A DNA stretch of 64,000 nucleotides, taken from positions 2,784,001 to 2,848,000 of the forward strand of contig OZ244922.1 in assembly GCA_965221905.1 (NCBI GenBank), read 5' to 3'. Position 1 is the first letter of the stretch, and the number at the start of each line of letters is the position of its first letter. Under the pieces are notes generated by a model that was not told where the DNA came from, did no database searches, and was given only the letters and a program-made list of their open reading frames with translations. Both the position numbers and the translations under genes were made by a program. Origin of the DNA: Chloroflexota bacterium (GTDB taxonomy: Bacteria; Chloroflexota; UBA11872; VXOZ01). Positions 1 to 9,309 of the stretch are shown one piece after another.

Positions 1-2
1 AG

Positions 3-86
3 GGCCAGGAAACTCTCACATTAGAGCTGCCTATCCGCCAACCGGACGTCTATACGCCGGTAGTTGAACTTTTCCTGACTGATTGA
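3..86 (+). CDS. C-terminal fragment of a gene entering from the left edge, possibly an alpha-L-fucosidase (GH29)
   Basis: Frame 3 reads GQETLTLELPIRQPDVYTPVVELFLTD-stop, resembling the LTLxLPxxxPDxxxPVxELFL tail I recall from GH29 fucosidases; only 27 aa visible. Confidence 0.45.
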   Translation, partial: GQETLTLELPIRQPDVYTPVVELFLTD

Positions 87-243
87 TAAACTACACGTAC
101 CGGTAAACTAGACACCTGGATTTACTCGAGACGGTCTTGCCAGCGCCAGTTCTAGCTTTACGACCGAGTACGATCGAGTAGTCGAGTGTAGGGGCGTAGT
201 CGAACCGTGGGCGACAGGTACGACAGTCTCGAAGGGGCGTGAC

Positions 244-277
244 CGGGGACAGGAATGCACGTGCATCCCTGTCCCCG
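244..277. repeat. 34-bp near-perfect palindrome upstream of the SBP gene
   Basis: CGGGGACAGGAATGCAC|GTGCATCCCTGTCCCCG, one mismatch. Confidence 0.8.
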
Positions 278-365
278 ACACAGGCTTGGAAAGGAGGTAT
301 GAAGAGACTCCAACGGAGTGAAGGTGAAGCGTTGTCTGATTCCTAACAACCGGAGGTGAAGTATC

Positions 366-1778
366 ATGACGAAACGCAATTCGGCACTCAGCGCGTTGAC
401 GCGCCGCAACATGCTCTTGGGATTCGGTGCGCTCGGCGCGGCTAGTATGCTCGCCGCTTGCGGTACCGTAGCGCCCGCTCCGGCCGCGCAACCGGAACAG
501 TCCGCCGAAGAAGAAGCGCCCGCCAAGACCGAAGAAGCCCCCGCGCCTGCGGAACGCGTAACGGTCTCTCACTATGTGGCCCTCAATGCTCGCCACGCCG
601 AACTCTATCCCACCCTCATCGAAGAACCCTTCGAGAACGACTATCCGAACATCGATCTCGAGACCATTCTCAGAGAAGGCCCGTATTACACCAAGTTCAA
701 TACCCTGGTTGCCGCCGGTGAGCCGCCGGACGTGCTCTGGCTTTCACAGACGGAGGTCTTTACCCAAGGCCACACCATCGACGTCGGACCGTTTATCAAG
801 CGCGACAATTTCGATCTCAGCGTCTATCCGGAGCAGCTCTTCCGCGACGGCGTCATGTACGAGGAAAACACGCTCGGGCTGCCGAACCAATCGGGCGGCA
901 ACTGGCCGGTGCTGCCGTACAACAAGGAAATCCTGGCCAACGCAGGTGTGTCCGATCCTCCGGTGGAATGGGGCGATCCGAGCTGGAACGCGGAATCGTT
1001 CCTGGAAGCCCTGGTTAAGACTACCCAGCGCGAGGGCGAAAACCCGGTCACGTTCGGCGTTGGCAACATCGGCCGCGGCGTAATCGCGGCTAACTGGGGA
1101 CCCTTCTGGGGCACCCGCTGGGTGGCGGAAGACTTCAAGACCGTGGTCTGCGACTCACCCGAGATGATCGACGCCATCCGCTACCTTACCGATTTGTCGT
1201 CGAAGCATCGCGTGATGCCTTTTCCGGGCGAACTCAATGACACATTCGGCACCGGCAGTACGCGCACGAATTTCCTCAATGGCAAGCTCGCGTTCTTGCA
1301 GACCTCCGGCGGCGGCACGTTTTCGATTGCCCAAGGTGTGCAAGAAGGTAAACCCTTTGCCTACGCGCCGCTGCCTACGTTCATGCATACCGCCTCTGCC
1401 CAGGCACTCGACTCCAACGGCTTGCTTGGCGCGAGCAAGGTGCAGGACGAGGGCTGGGAGCTCATCAAGTGGCACGCCACGCACCCAAACTGGGCCATCG
1501 GCCGCGGCAATGCACCGGCGCGTCTCGATCACTTTGAAGCCTGGGCGCGTGAACTCTACGGCGGCGACGTGGCAGAGAAGATTCGCGTGGAAGCCTACGC
1601 CAACTCGCTCGCAAACGCGGGTCGGTACGACGGCCTGCGCGTGCTGCCTAACTGGCGTAACCCCATCTTCGACAAGATCATCACGCCCGCGTTGGACGCA
1701 CTCTATCGCGGCCAAGGCGAGGTGGTCGAGACGATGTCGGCTCTGAAGCAGCAAATCCAGGCCGAGATTCCCGAGTAG
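366..1778 (+). CDS. Sugar-type ABC extracellular solute-binding lipoprotein (Tat-exported)
   Basis: TRRNML twin-arginine motif, LAAC lipobox, Ala/Pro/Glu linker, SBP_bac_1-like YNKEIL and W..E.FL motifs; RBS GGAGGTG. Confidence 0.85.
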   Translation: MTKRNSALSALTRRNMLLGFGALGAASMLAACGTVAPAPAAQPEQSAEEEAPAKTEEAPAPAERVTVSHYVALNARHAELYPTLIEEPFENDYPNIDLETILREGPYYTKFNTLVAAGEPPDVLWLSQTEVFTQGHTIDVGPFIKRDNFDLSVYPEQLFRDGVMYEENTLGLPNQSGGNWPVLPYNKEILANAGVSDPPVEWGDPSWNAESFLEALVKTTQREGENPVTFGVGNIGRGVIAANWGPFWGTRWVAEDFKTVVCDSPEMIDAIRYLTDLSSKHRVMPFPGELNDTFGTGSTRTNFLNGKLAFLQTSGGGTFSIAQGVQEGKPFAYAPLPTFMHTASAQALDSNGLLGASKVQDEGWELIKWHATHPNWAIGRGNAPARLDHFEAWARELYGGDVAEKIRVEAYANSLANAGRYDGLRVLPNWRNPIFDKIITPALDALYRGQGEVVETMSALKQQIQAEIPE

Positions 1779-1889
1779 CCGGTCTGCCTGGAGTGCCGTC
1801 GTTGATGAAGTCTGCTGTGCCTGTACTTGCGCAGGACGGCGAGCATGACGCGAGGCCAGCCGGCGGTCGTCTTTGAGCAGGTGAATCAG

Positions 1890-1913
1890 AGGGGCACGGT
1901 GCACCGTGCCCCT
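1890..1913. repeat. Perfect 24-bp palindrome (GTAG-type REP-like)
   Basis: AGGGGCACGGTGCACCGTGCCCCT. Confidence 0.75.
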
Positions 1914-1936
1914 TCGCTATAGAAAGGTGTTGGTGC

Positions 1937-3199
1937 ATGTCCGTTTCCGTCGATCAACTTGCCGTCGCCGGTGGGACGCCGGTACGAGATACCGCAGCGC
2001 GTCCGTGGACCACGTGGCCCATCGCGACTGAAGAAGACATCGCCGCCGTTGCCGACGTGCTCCGCAGCGGCAAGTGGAACCGCTGGCGCAGCGACCGCGT
2101 GGACGAACTGGAGGCGGCACTGCGGGAATTCACCGGCGCGGCCCATGTGGTGGCGCTGGCCAGCGGCACCGCCGGTCTGGAAGTCGCCCTCAAGGCCGCC
2201 GGTGTTCGCCCCGGCGATGAGGTTATTTTGCCCGCCTACACCTACGTCGCCACGGCCACGGCGGTACTGCAGGTTGGCGGCGTGCCGGTCTTCGCCGACA
2301 TCATTCCCGAAACGGAAAATATCGATCCCACCTCGATAGCGTCATTGATCACCGAGCGCACTCGCGCGCTGCTGCCCGTGCACATTTCGGGCCTCCCCTG
2401 CGACATGGCGGCCATCAACACGCTTGCGGCGCGGCATGGTCTCCGCGTCATTGAAGACACCGCCCAAGGCATCGGCGGCATGTGGAACGGGCAGCGTCTC
2501 GGCACGATTGGGGACGTGGGCGAATACTCCTTCCAAGCCAGCAAGAACCTGCCGGGCGGCGAAGGCGGCGCAATCGTCACCAATGACCCGGCAATTGCCG
2601 AAAGAGCATTTATGTTGATGCACATCAACAATGAGGCCCTGGGCTGGAATTATCGGCTTACCGCGATGCAGGCCGCGTTGATTCTCTCCCAGCTCCAGCG
2701 TTTCCCTGCGCAGCAAGCCCGCCGCCAGGCAAATGCCGCCTTCCTGCGCGATGCCTTGGCGGAAATTCCCGGCATTGTGCCCACTCGCGAGGATGACTTT
2801 GTCACCGGCCACGGCCTGCACGGGCTGGGAGTGCGCTTCATCAGCGCGGAGTTTAGTACCGGCGCTCCCGTGCCGCGGGAAGTTTTTTCCAAAGCCCTGC
2901 ACGCCGAAGGCATCCCATGCGCTCTGGGCTACAGCGATCCGGTGTACAAGCTCCCGCTCTTCCAAGAGGCGCACACACGCATGCGGGACCACTGCCCCGT
3001 GGCTTGCAACCATCCCGCCATGGAATCCATGGACTACGCCAAGCTGCACCTGCCGAATGTGGAGCGCCTCTGCAGCCAAGAGGCCCTGCGCTTCAACCAA
3101 CCCCTCTTGCTCGGCACTCGCGAGGACATGGAAGACATCGTTGCCGCCGTCGTCAAGGTTCACGCTAATCAAGAGGCGCTCGCCGTAATTGTAAACTGA
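1937..3199 (+). CDS. DegT/DnrJ/EryC1/StrS family PLP-dependent aminotransferase
   Basis: SGTAGL, GDEVILP, IEDTAQ, SFQASK(PLP Lys)NLPGGEGG, GWNYR. Confidence 0.9.
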   Translation: MSVSVDQLAVAGGTPVRDTAARPWTTWPIATEEDIAAVADVLRSGKWNRWRSDRVDELEAALREFTGAAHVVALASGTAGLEVALKAAGVRPGDEVILPAYTYVATATAVLQVGGVPVFADIIPETENIDPTSIASLITERTRALLPVHISGLPCDMAAINTLAARHGLRVIEDTAQGIGGMWNGQRLGTIGDVGEYSFQASKNLPGGEGGAIVTNDPAIAERAFMLMHINNEALGWNYRLTAMQAALILSQLQRFPAQQARRQANAAFLRDALAEIPGIVPTREDDFVTGHGLHGLGVRFISAEFSTGAPVPREVFSKALHAEGIPCALGYSDPVYKLPLFQEAHTRMRDHCPVACNHPAMESMDYAKLHLPNVERLCSQEALRFNQPLLLGTREDMEDIVAAVVKVHANQEALAVIVN

Positions 3200-3358
3200 T
3201 TCGCATGGGCCTGCTCTAGGAGAATTAGAACGGGACAGCCAATTTCGACTTGACCTAGAGCTGGGTCTATAATTTTGCCACTCTCAAGACTGTTGCCTAA
3301 TTCATTGGCATATCTTGCCGTTTGGCTGCCACTAATGGATAAACGAAGCACCCAACAC

Positions 3359-3426
3359 CGTCATTCCGGCGAAGGCCGGAATCCATCTTCACTCCACCAC
3401 TGGACTCCGGCTTTCGCCGGAGTGAC
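3359..3426. repeat. REP doublet (REPIN-like), family B
   Basis: CGTCATTCCGGCGAAGGCCGGAATCCA ... TGGACTCCGGCTTTCGCCGGAGTGAC inverted pair; related copies near 31573, 36573, 38062, 40596 and 42751. Confidence 0.85.
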
Positions 3427-3599
3427 AGAATTCAAGCCAACGGCAACCCTCGTACCCGATTCTTGGCTTGACACGGCTCCACCTGCGCAATTAGTACTCA
3501 CTGTTGACTATAAGGCCGTCCATGGTTACAGTTGTGCCTCAAAGTTCATTCCGTCATCTAGCGCCAAACGCTCTCACAAAGCCTAGAGAGAACAAATCC

Positions 3600-4868
3600 A
3601 TGCTCCTCGCCGGTGTCGGCCGCACCACCCTCACGCCGCCGCTCGGCACGCCGCTCGTCGGCTACGGCGGACGCGAGCGCGGCACTGACTCCATCCGCGA
3701 CGACATATACGCCACGTCGCTGGTGCTCTCGGACGGCGAAACGACGGTTGCCCTCGTCACCTGCGATCTCTGCGCGCTGCCAATCCGGCAGGTACGGTAC
3801 GTGCAACGGCTGATCGAGGAGCGCACCGGCATCCCGCCTACCCACGTGCTAATAAACACGTCCCATGCCCACTCAGGGCCGCTTACAACATTTAACGAGG
3901 AAACCCCTGAGAGCGTGCGGCAAGTAGTGGTTGCGCTGCTTGACGCGATTGCGGAGTCGGTCGTCCAAGCGGCGGCTGCGCTCGTGCCGTGCCGCATTAG
4001 CGCAGGGCGGGGGTTGGTAAGGGCGAGCATTAACCGGCGCAAGCGCAATGGCTACAGCGATGCGGTGACGCCGGAGTTCCCCGAGGGCACGGTGGACCCG
4101 GACCTGCACGTGGTGCGCATTGATGGCCTTTACGGTACGCCGCTGGCCGTTGTTACCGCCTATGCCTGCCACCCGGTGGCGCTCCGCCCGCCCAGCCACG
4201 CCATCTCAGCGGACTTTGTCTGCGCCCTGCGCGCGACCGTGGAGTCGCAAGTCGGCGCGCCCCTGCTCTTTGCCCAAGGCGCGGCCGGGAACCTGGTGCC
4301 AATCGGCCCTGAGATGGAAATGGAGGAACGGCTTGAGCTAACCGGGAAAGTGCTCGGTACGGAAGCGCTGCGGGTGTATACCGCGCTCGGCGCGGAAGCC
4401 AGCGGCGCTAACGAATCGCTCAGCGGCGCAACACTCGCGCCGCCCAAACCTGAGCTCGCCGCGGCGTCCGCGACGCTCTTGCTCGATCTCTGGACGGAGC
4501 AGCCGCCCATCGCAGACGCGGAGCGGTCGCACCAGACATTTCCCTACCTCACTCCGCCGCTGGTGAACGGCAAGGTGGAGTGCGCGGTGCAAGCCCTACG
4601 CCTGGGCGACGCGGCGCTCGTGGGCGTCGCCGGCGAAGCGTTCGTGGAAATCGGCCTCACCGTGAAGGCACGCTCGCCCATCCCCCACACCATCTTCCTG
4701 GGCTACACCAACGGCTGCCTGGGCTACATCCCCACCGCCGCCGCCTACGAACCCGGCGGCTACGAAGTCCACCGCGCCCACGCCGTCTACCGCCTCCCCC
4801 ACACCATCGCCCCCGATAGCGCGGAGAGAATCATCACGACAAGCCTAAAACTCTTGGGCGAGCTGTAG
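3600..4868 (+). CDS. Neutral/alkaline ceramidase N-terminal domain-type metallohydrolase
   Basis: Start MLLAGVGRTTLTPP at ATG 3600; SHAHSGP, YACHPV, ISADF, GEAFVE, GYTNG..GYIP..AY..GGYE motifs. Confidence 0.75.
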   Translation: MLLAGVGRTTLTPPLGTPLVGYGGRERGTDSIRDDIYATSLVLSDGETTVALVTCDLCALPIRQVRYVQRLIEERTGIPPTHVLINTSHAHSGPLTTFNEETPESVRQVVVALLDAIAESVVQAAAALVPCRISAGRGLVRASINRRKRNGYSDAVTPEFPEGTVDPDLHVVRIDGLYGTPLAVVTAYACHPVALRPPSHAISADFVCALRATVESQVGAPLLFAQGAAGNLVPIGPEMEMEERLELTGKVLGTEALRVYTALGAEASGANESLSGATLAPPKPELAAASATLLLDLWTEQPPIADAERSHQTFPYLTPPLVNGKVECAVQALRLGDAALVGVAGEAFVEIGLTVKARSPIPHTIFLGYTNGCLGYIPTAAAYEPGGYEVHRAHAVYRLPHTIAPDSAERIITTSLKLLGEL

Positions 4869-4964
4869 TGGCAGCCAATTGCAGCCTTCGATTTCTAGTC
4901 ATAGAATAGAGTTGGTCAAGGCGAAACAACTCCCAAACTGCATTCAGTAGCTGGCTAAAGAGAA

Positions 4965-6050
4965 ATGCGGCTCGAGAACACGATTGACAAGACGAGTCTC
5001 CCTTATAATCTAGCTGCCGTAGATCTATTCTGTGGTGCCGGGGGGCTTTCCTACGGAATGAAGCACGCTGGCATCAGAATCAGCGCCGGAATCGACATTA
5101 ATCCTGCTTGCAGGCACCCATTTCAAGCAAATGTCAATGCTGAGTTCTTTGAGAAGGATGTAGCTGCGCTATCGCCTCACTTTGTGGAGTCACTATTTCC
5201 AGAGAAATCTATCAGGATACTTGCAGGCTGTGCTCCATGTCAGCCATTCTCGTCCTACTCCAACAGGAGTCCTCAACACAATGCCCAATGGCAATTGCTT
5301 CCTAAGTTTGGAGAGGTCGTCACCGCACTAGAGCCTGAGATCGTCACAATGGAAAATGTTCCACGTTTGCAGGGGTATGCCGTCTTCGATGACTTCCAAG
5401 ATGTTCTGCATAAATCAGGCTATGATTACTATTACACCGTAGTTCGCTGCGCCGAGTATGGCGTTCCGCAATCGAGAAGACGCTTGGTTCTGCTAGCCTC
5501 AAAGCTCGGCCCTATCCAGATGATCCCTCCGACTCATACCAAGAGGGACTTTGTGACCGTCAGAGATGCGATCCGAAACCTGTCTCACATAGAGGCAGGG
5601 GATGCCTCCCCATCGGATCCGCTGCACAAGACGAGCGGCCTTTCCACAGAAAATTTGGCCCGAATTCAGCACTCTAAGCCTGGCGGAACTTGGCGCGATT
5701 GGAGTGAAGAACTCCGCGCCGAGTGCCACGTGAGGAAGTCTGGTATGACTTATCCGAGTGTCTATGGCCGTATGGAATGGGACAAACTCGCCCCTACCAT
5801 CACCACCCAGTTCCACGGGTACGGCAATGGTCGGTTCGGCCACCCAACACAGGATCGTGCCATCTCATTGCGGGAAGGCGCCTTGCTGCAGACATTTCCT
5901 AAGGAGTACTCATTCGTTCCATCTGAAGGATCTGTTCAGATTTCTTCAATAGCCCGGTTGATTGGCAATGCAGTTCCCGTGAAACTTGGTGAAGCGATTG
6001 GCAGGTCCATAGTCGCGCACTTGGAGGGAGCCAATGGCTCAGGAAGCTGA
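4965..6050 (+). CDS. DNA (cytosine-5)-methyltransferase, M.HgiDII/BbrUII-like
   Basis: Motifs I DLFCGAGG, IV GCAPCQ, VI ENV, VIII QSRRR, IX RAISLREGALLQTFP, X GNAV; TRD YGRMEWDK.APTITTQ..GYGNGRFGHP as recalled for M.HgiDII. Confidence 0.9.
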   Translation: MRLENTIDKTSLPYNLAAVDLFCGAGGLSYGMKHAGIRISAGIDINPACRHPFQANVNAEFFEKDVAALSPHFVESLFPEKSIRILAGCAPCQPFSSYSNRSPQHNAQWQLLPKFGEVVTALEPEIVTMENVPRLQGYAVFDDFQDVLHKSGYDYYYTVVRCAEYGVPQSRRRLVLLASKLGPIQMIPPTHTKRDFVTVRDAIRNLSHIEAGDASPSDPLHKTSGLSTENLARIQHSKPGGTWRDWSEELRAECHVRKSGMTYPSVYGRMEWDKLAPTITTQFHGYGNGRFGHPTQDRAISLREGALLQTFPKEYSFVPSEGSVQISSIARLIGNAVPVKLGEAIGRSIVAHLEGANGSGS

Positions 6051-8076
6051 TACCACATATCGCATGACCCTGAGTCTGCATGTCTTGAATGAGTTGGGCA
6101 TTAACTTGTACAGCAACGTTCCTGCAGTCTTGGCTGAAGTCGTTGCCAATTCGTGGGATGCTGATGCCACTTGTGTCCGCATAGAAATAGATCGCGAGAA
6201 CAGACGTATTGTCATTACTGATGATGGACGCGGGATGCTAGTAGACGAGCAAGTAAACGAAATCAATGCCAAATACCTGACAGTGGGCTACCATCGACGT
6301 GATGAAGATGACGAAGTAGATGAACACGGAAGAATCCTCACGCGAGACGAGAAAGGGAATTCAATCACCCCTAAGTTTGGCCGGCCAGTGATGGGCAGAA
6401 AAGGAATTGGCAAACTCTCTCTCTTTGCGATTGCAGATGAGTTCCATGTTCACACGGCTAGACTTGGACATAAGGCTGGATGTGTTTTGTCTAGCGAGGG
6501 CATTAGGACGCAGCTCAAGGGGGAATCGGGCGTCTACCACCCGCTACAAATTGCCCCCAGTGCAGTAGAAGTCGAACAAGGTACGCGCATAATACTTACT
6601 GACCTGAAGAAAGACATTAGCCAAGCCTCCGGCAACTTGCGCACGCGTCTAGCTAGGAGGTTCGGCATAAGAGGAGAATCGTATGGCTTTAAGATTGTTA
6701 TTGACAACAAGAAGGTTTCAATAGAAGATCGTGATTACTTCCAAAAGGTCCAGCACTTATGGGAGTACGGGGAGTCTAAACCTACCTTCGAATCGCAATG
6801 CAATCGTTTGGCCGTGCATTTTAATAGACCTAACCAAGTTAGTCCCGAACATGATTGGCGAGTATCGGGATGGATCGGCACAGCATATCGTTCAGGTGAC
6901 TTAAAGGAAGGCAAAGAGAGCATCAACAAGCTTGTGATCTTGGTTAGAGAGAAGCTGGCCCAAGAAGACATACTTGAGGAATTCGGTGAAGGCGGGGTAT
7001 ACGCAAGCTACGTTTTTGGCGAACTCCACGCAGACTTTCTAGATATTGACAACGACGATGACATTGCAACTAGCAGTCGCCAGAGGATTATTGAGGATGA
7101 CTTAAGATACGTTGCACTTAGGAGATTCATTGGCGAAGAACTAAAGGAGATTCAAAGGAATTGGACTGGGTTGAGGAATAGAGAGGGTGAAGAAGTAGCC
7201 AAACAGATTCCTGCTATCGATTCCTGGTTTCAGAAGCTAGGTCCAGATCACCGGCAGAAGGCACGGTCAATATTTGGCAAGATCAATCAGCTCAACTTGG
7301 AAGATGATCAGCGTAGAGTCCTCCTACAAAACGGAGTGATCGCATTTGAAACTCTTCGCCACAAGGAACAACTTGAAAAGCTGGAGTCGCTTTCGACGCA
7401 AGACATGTCAACGATAGCAAAGATATTTGACGACCTAGATGATTTGGAGGCTACGCTGTACCATCGAATCGTAGCTGAGCGCCTTCAAGTGATTGAAGCG
7501 TTGAAGAGTGCCGTGGACAACAACGCCCTTGAAAGAGTCCTACAAGAACACATCTTTACCCATCTGTGGCTACTCGATCCATCTTGGGAACGAGCAACAG
7601 CGACTGTCCCATCTTACATGGAAGCATCTGTCACGAAGATGTTCGAGGATGAGGATAAGGATTTAACGAAAGAAGAACGTTCGAGTAGGATTGACATCAA
7701 GTACACTACTGCCCAAGGCAAGCACGTTATCGTTGAATTGAAGAAAGCGGATCGAAGTATACGCACAGACGAGGTTTACAGACAGTTGGACAACTATCGA
7801 AGGGCCTTCGAAAAGGTCGCCCGGCAACATGAAGACCCACCAAAGCCTCTTGAACTCATATGCATTGTTGGCAAAGATCTGCGTGGATGGGTAGATCACA
7901 GAGAACGTGAGCGAACTGCTGAAGCGCTCGCTGCCATTGGAGGGCGAGTGGTCACATATCAACAATTGATAGCTGGCTCAGAGGCAAGTTACCGGGAGTT
8001 TCTTACGCGACACGCGGAGGCAGGGAAAGTCTCTGAACTGATTCGCGAGATCGGTGAATGGGAGTGGAAAGACTAG
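6034..8076 (+). CDS. GHKL(MORC)-ATPase / PD-(D/E)xK restriction endonuclease, HgiDII/BbrUII-like
   Basis: EVVANSWDADA, DDGRGM, GRKGIGKLS, GTRI GHKL boxes; C-terminal RIDI...IVELKK...QLDNY nuclease motif; 17-bp overlap with the MTase. Confidence 0.8.
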   Translation: MAQEADTTYRMTLSLHVLNELGINLYSNVPAVLAEVVANSWDADATCVRIEIDRENRRIVITDDGRGMLVDEQVNEINAKYLTVGYHRRDEDDEVDEHGRILTRDEKGNSITPKFGRPVMGRKGIGKLSLFAIADEFHVHTARLGHKAGCVLSSEGIRTQLKGESGVYHPLQIAPSAVEVEQGTRIILTDLKKDISQASGNLRTRLARRFGIRGESYGFKIVIDNKKVSIEDRDYFQKVQHLWEYGESKPTFESQCNRLAVHFNRPNQVSPEHDWRVSGWIGTAYRSGDLKEGKESINKLVILVREKLAQEDILEEFGEGGVYASYVFGELHADFLDIDNDDDIATSSRQRIIEDDLRYVALRRFIGEELKEIQRNWTGLRNREGEEVAKQIPAIDSWFQKLGPDHRQKARSIFGKINQLNLEDDQRRVLLQNGVIAFETLRHKEQLEKLESLSTQDMSTIAKIFDDLDDLEATLYHRIVAERLQVIEALKSAVDNNALERVLQEHIFTHLWLLDPSWERATATVPSYMEASVTKMFEDEDKDLTKEERSSRIDIKYTTAQGKHVIVELKKADRSIRTDEVYRQLDNYRRAFEKVARQHEDPPKPLELICIVGKDLRGWVDHRERERTAEALAAIGGRVVTYQQLIAGSEASYREFLTRHAEAGKVSELIREIGEWEWKD

Positions 8077-8079
8077 CAG

Positions 8080-8496
8080 CTAATAAGCTGCTAGTATCCT
8101 TGTGGCTGCTTCCTCTGGATTAACGTGTTCCCAAATCCGGATGACCTTCCATCCAATAGAACTCAAGTAATGGTTTGTATTCCTGTCCCTTTCGACGTTT
8201 TGCCAAAGCTTTGGAATCCAGTATTCCTGGTTGGTCTTTGGCGTAGTGCCGTGCTCTGGACACGAATGCCAAAAGCAACCGTCCACAAAAACTGCAATCT
8301 TCTTCCTGGTGAAGGCGATGTCTGCATGCACCGTCCGGCTGTTTGGCAAGCGAATGGGATAGTCTTTCCTGAACCGTAGCCCTCTCCGGTGTAGTAACGA
8401 CCTTAGGGCAATTTCCGGCTTCGTATCTACCCGACGATTAGCACGCATCTTCTTCGTCGCGGTAGCGCTTGTAGGTTTTGGATATGGAAGACTCAT
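8080..8496 (-). CDS. vsr: Very short patch repair endonuclease
   Basis: MRANRRVDTKPE, GLRFR, ADIAF, FVDGCFWH.CP.H, W..K...NVERD, RIWEH; ATG at 8496. Confidence 0.92.
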   Translation of the reverse strand: MSLPYPKPTSATATKKMRANRRVDTKPEIALRSLLHRRGLRFRKDYPIRLPNSRTVHADIAFTRKKIAVFVDGCFWHSCPEHGTTPKTNQEYWIPKLWQNVERDRNTNHYLSSIGWKVIRIWEHVNPEEAATRILAAY

Positions 8497-8517
8497 CGAA
8501 CGCAACTTTCCGCCATG

Positions 8518-9309
8518 CTAGCTACTCGCGCTGGAGTACTTGGTCAGCGCCAGGCGCCAGAAGAGGTGGGAGAGGATGAGGAGGGCGGCGGTCATGGCGA
8601 AGGCGGCGAGGGCAAAGGCGGGGCTGAGGAGGCCCATGAGGGCTTGGCTGGGGACCATGGCGATGAACGCCACCGGCAGCACGAACGTAAGGCCGAGGCG
8701 GAGCGCGCCGCGAAAGACGTCGGTAGGCACGCGGGAAACCTCGATGAGATTGTAGTAGAGGTGACCCACGTTATTGAGCCTACCGGCCCAGAACGTGACC
8801 GACACGACCATGAACCAAAGCGAATAGGCAATCAAGCTCGCGCAGAGTATTAGCCCCACGAAGAGCAGCGCGCCGTGCCACGTAATCGGCTGCGCGAGCA
8901 TCCCGATTGCGTACCACAGTACAGCGCATCCAGTTACCACTTGCACCAGCGGGTCCCAATCGAACCGCCGCGTTGAGACATAGAAGCGCGTGCTTACCGG
9001 CTTGCTCAGCACGAAATCGAGCTCGCCGCGATTGATGAGCCCGGAGAGGGCGTTCATGTTTTCGCCAAAGATCGACTCCACAATACCGTCAACGATCATC
9101 ACGGTGGCCGCCAGCACCAGCATCTGCTCCATGCGCCAGCCAGCGACTGACTGCACGTGGGCGAAGATGAACTGGATCGAAAGCACATAGACCACAGCTA
9201 GGAGGACCGTCGCAATGCTCCAGACCGTGAAACTCAGCCGATATTCCAGCGAGTCGAGGATGGAATTCTTTGCAAAGGCGAGGTAGAGCCGCACGTACCG
9301 TTGCATCAT
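8518..9309 (-). CDS. ABC-2 family exporter permease (DUF990-type)
   Basis: About 6 TM segments; GELDFVLSKP motif; adjacent to a paralogous permease and an ATPase. Confidence 0.8.
   Translation of the reverse strand: MMQRYVRLYLAFAKNSILDSLEYRLSFTVWSIATVLLAVVYVLSIQFIFAHVQSVAGWRMEQMLVLAATVMIVDGIVESIFGENMNALSGLINRGELDFVLSKPVSTRFYVSTRRFDWDPLVQVVTGCAVLWYAIGMLAQPITWHGALLFVGLILCASLIAYSLWFMVVSVTFWAGRLNNVGHLYYNLIEVSRVPTDVFRGALRLGLTFVLPVAFIAMVPSQALMGLLSPAFALAAFAMTAALLILSHLFWRLALTKYSSASS

Noticed and set aside
4866-4876. TAGTGGCAGCC after the ceramidase-like gene, resembling the sequence after the GNAT stops, as a possible att site
   Set aside because: The match is only about 9 bp and has no counterpart at the right border of the island.
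4984-5009. Perfect TTGACA and TATAAT hexamers in the MTase 5' end
   Set aside because: The spacer is only 14 bp and lies inside the coding sequence, with no alternative start before motif I.
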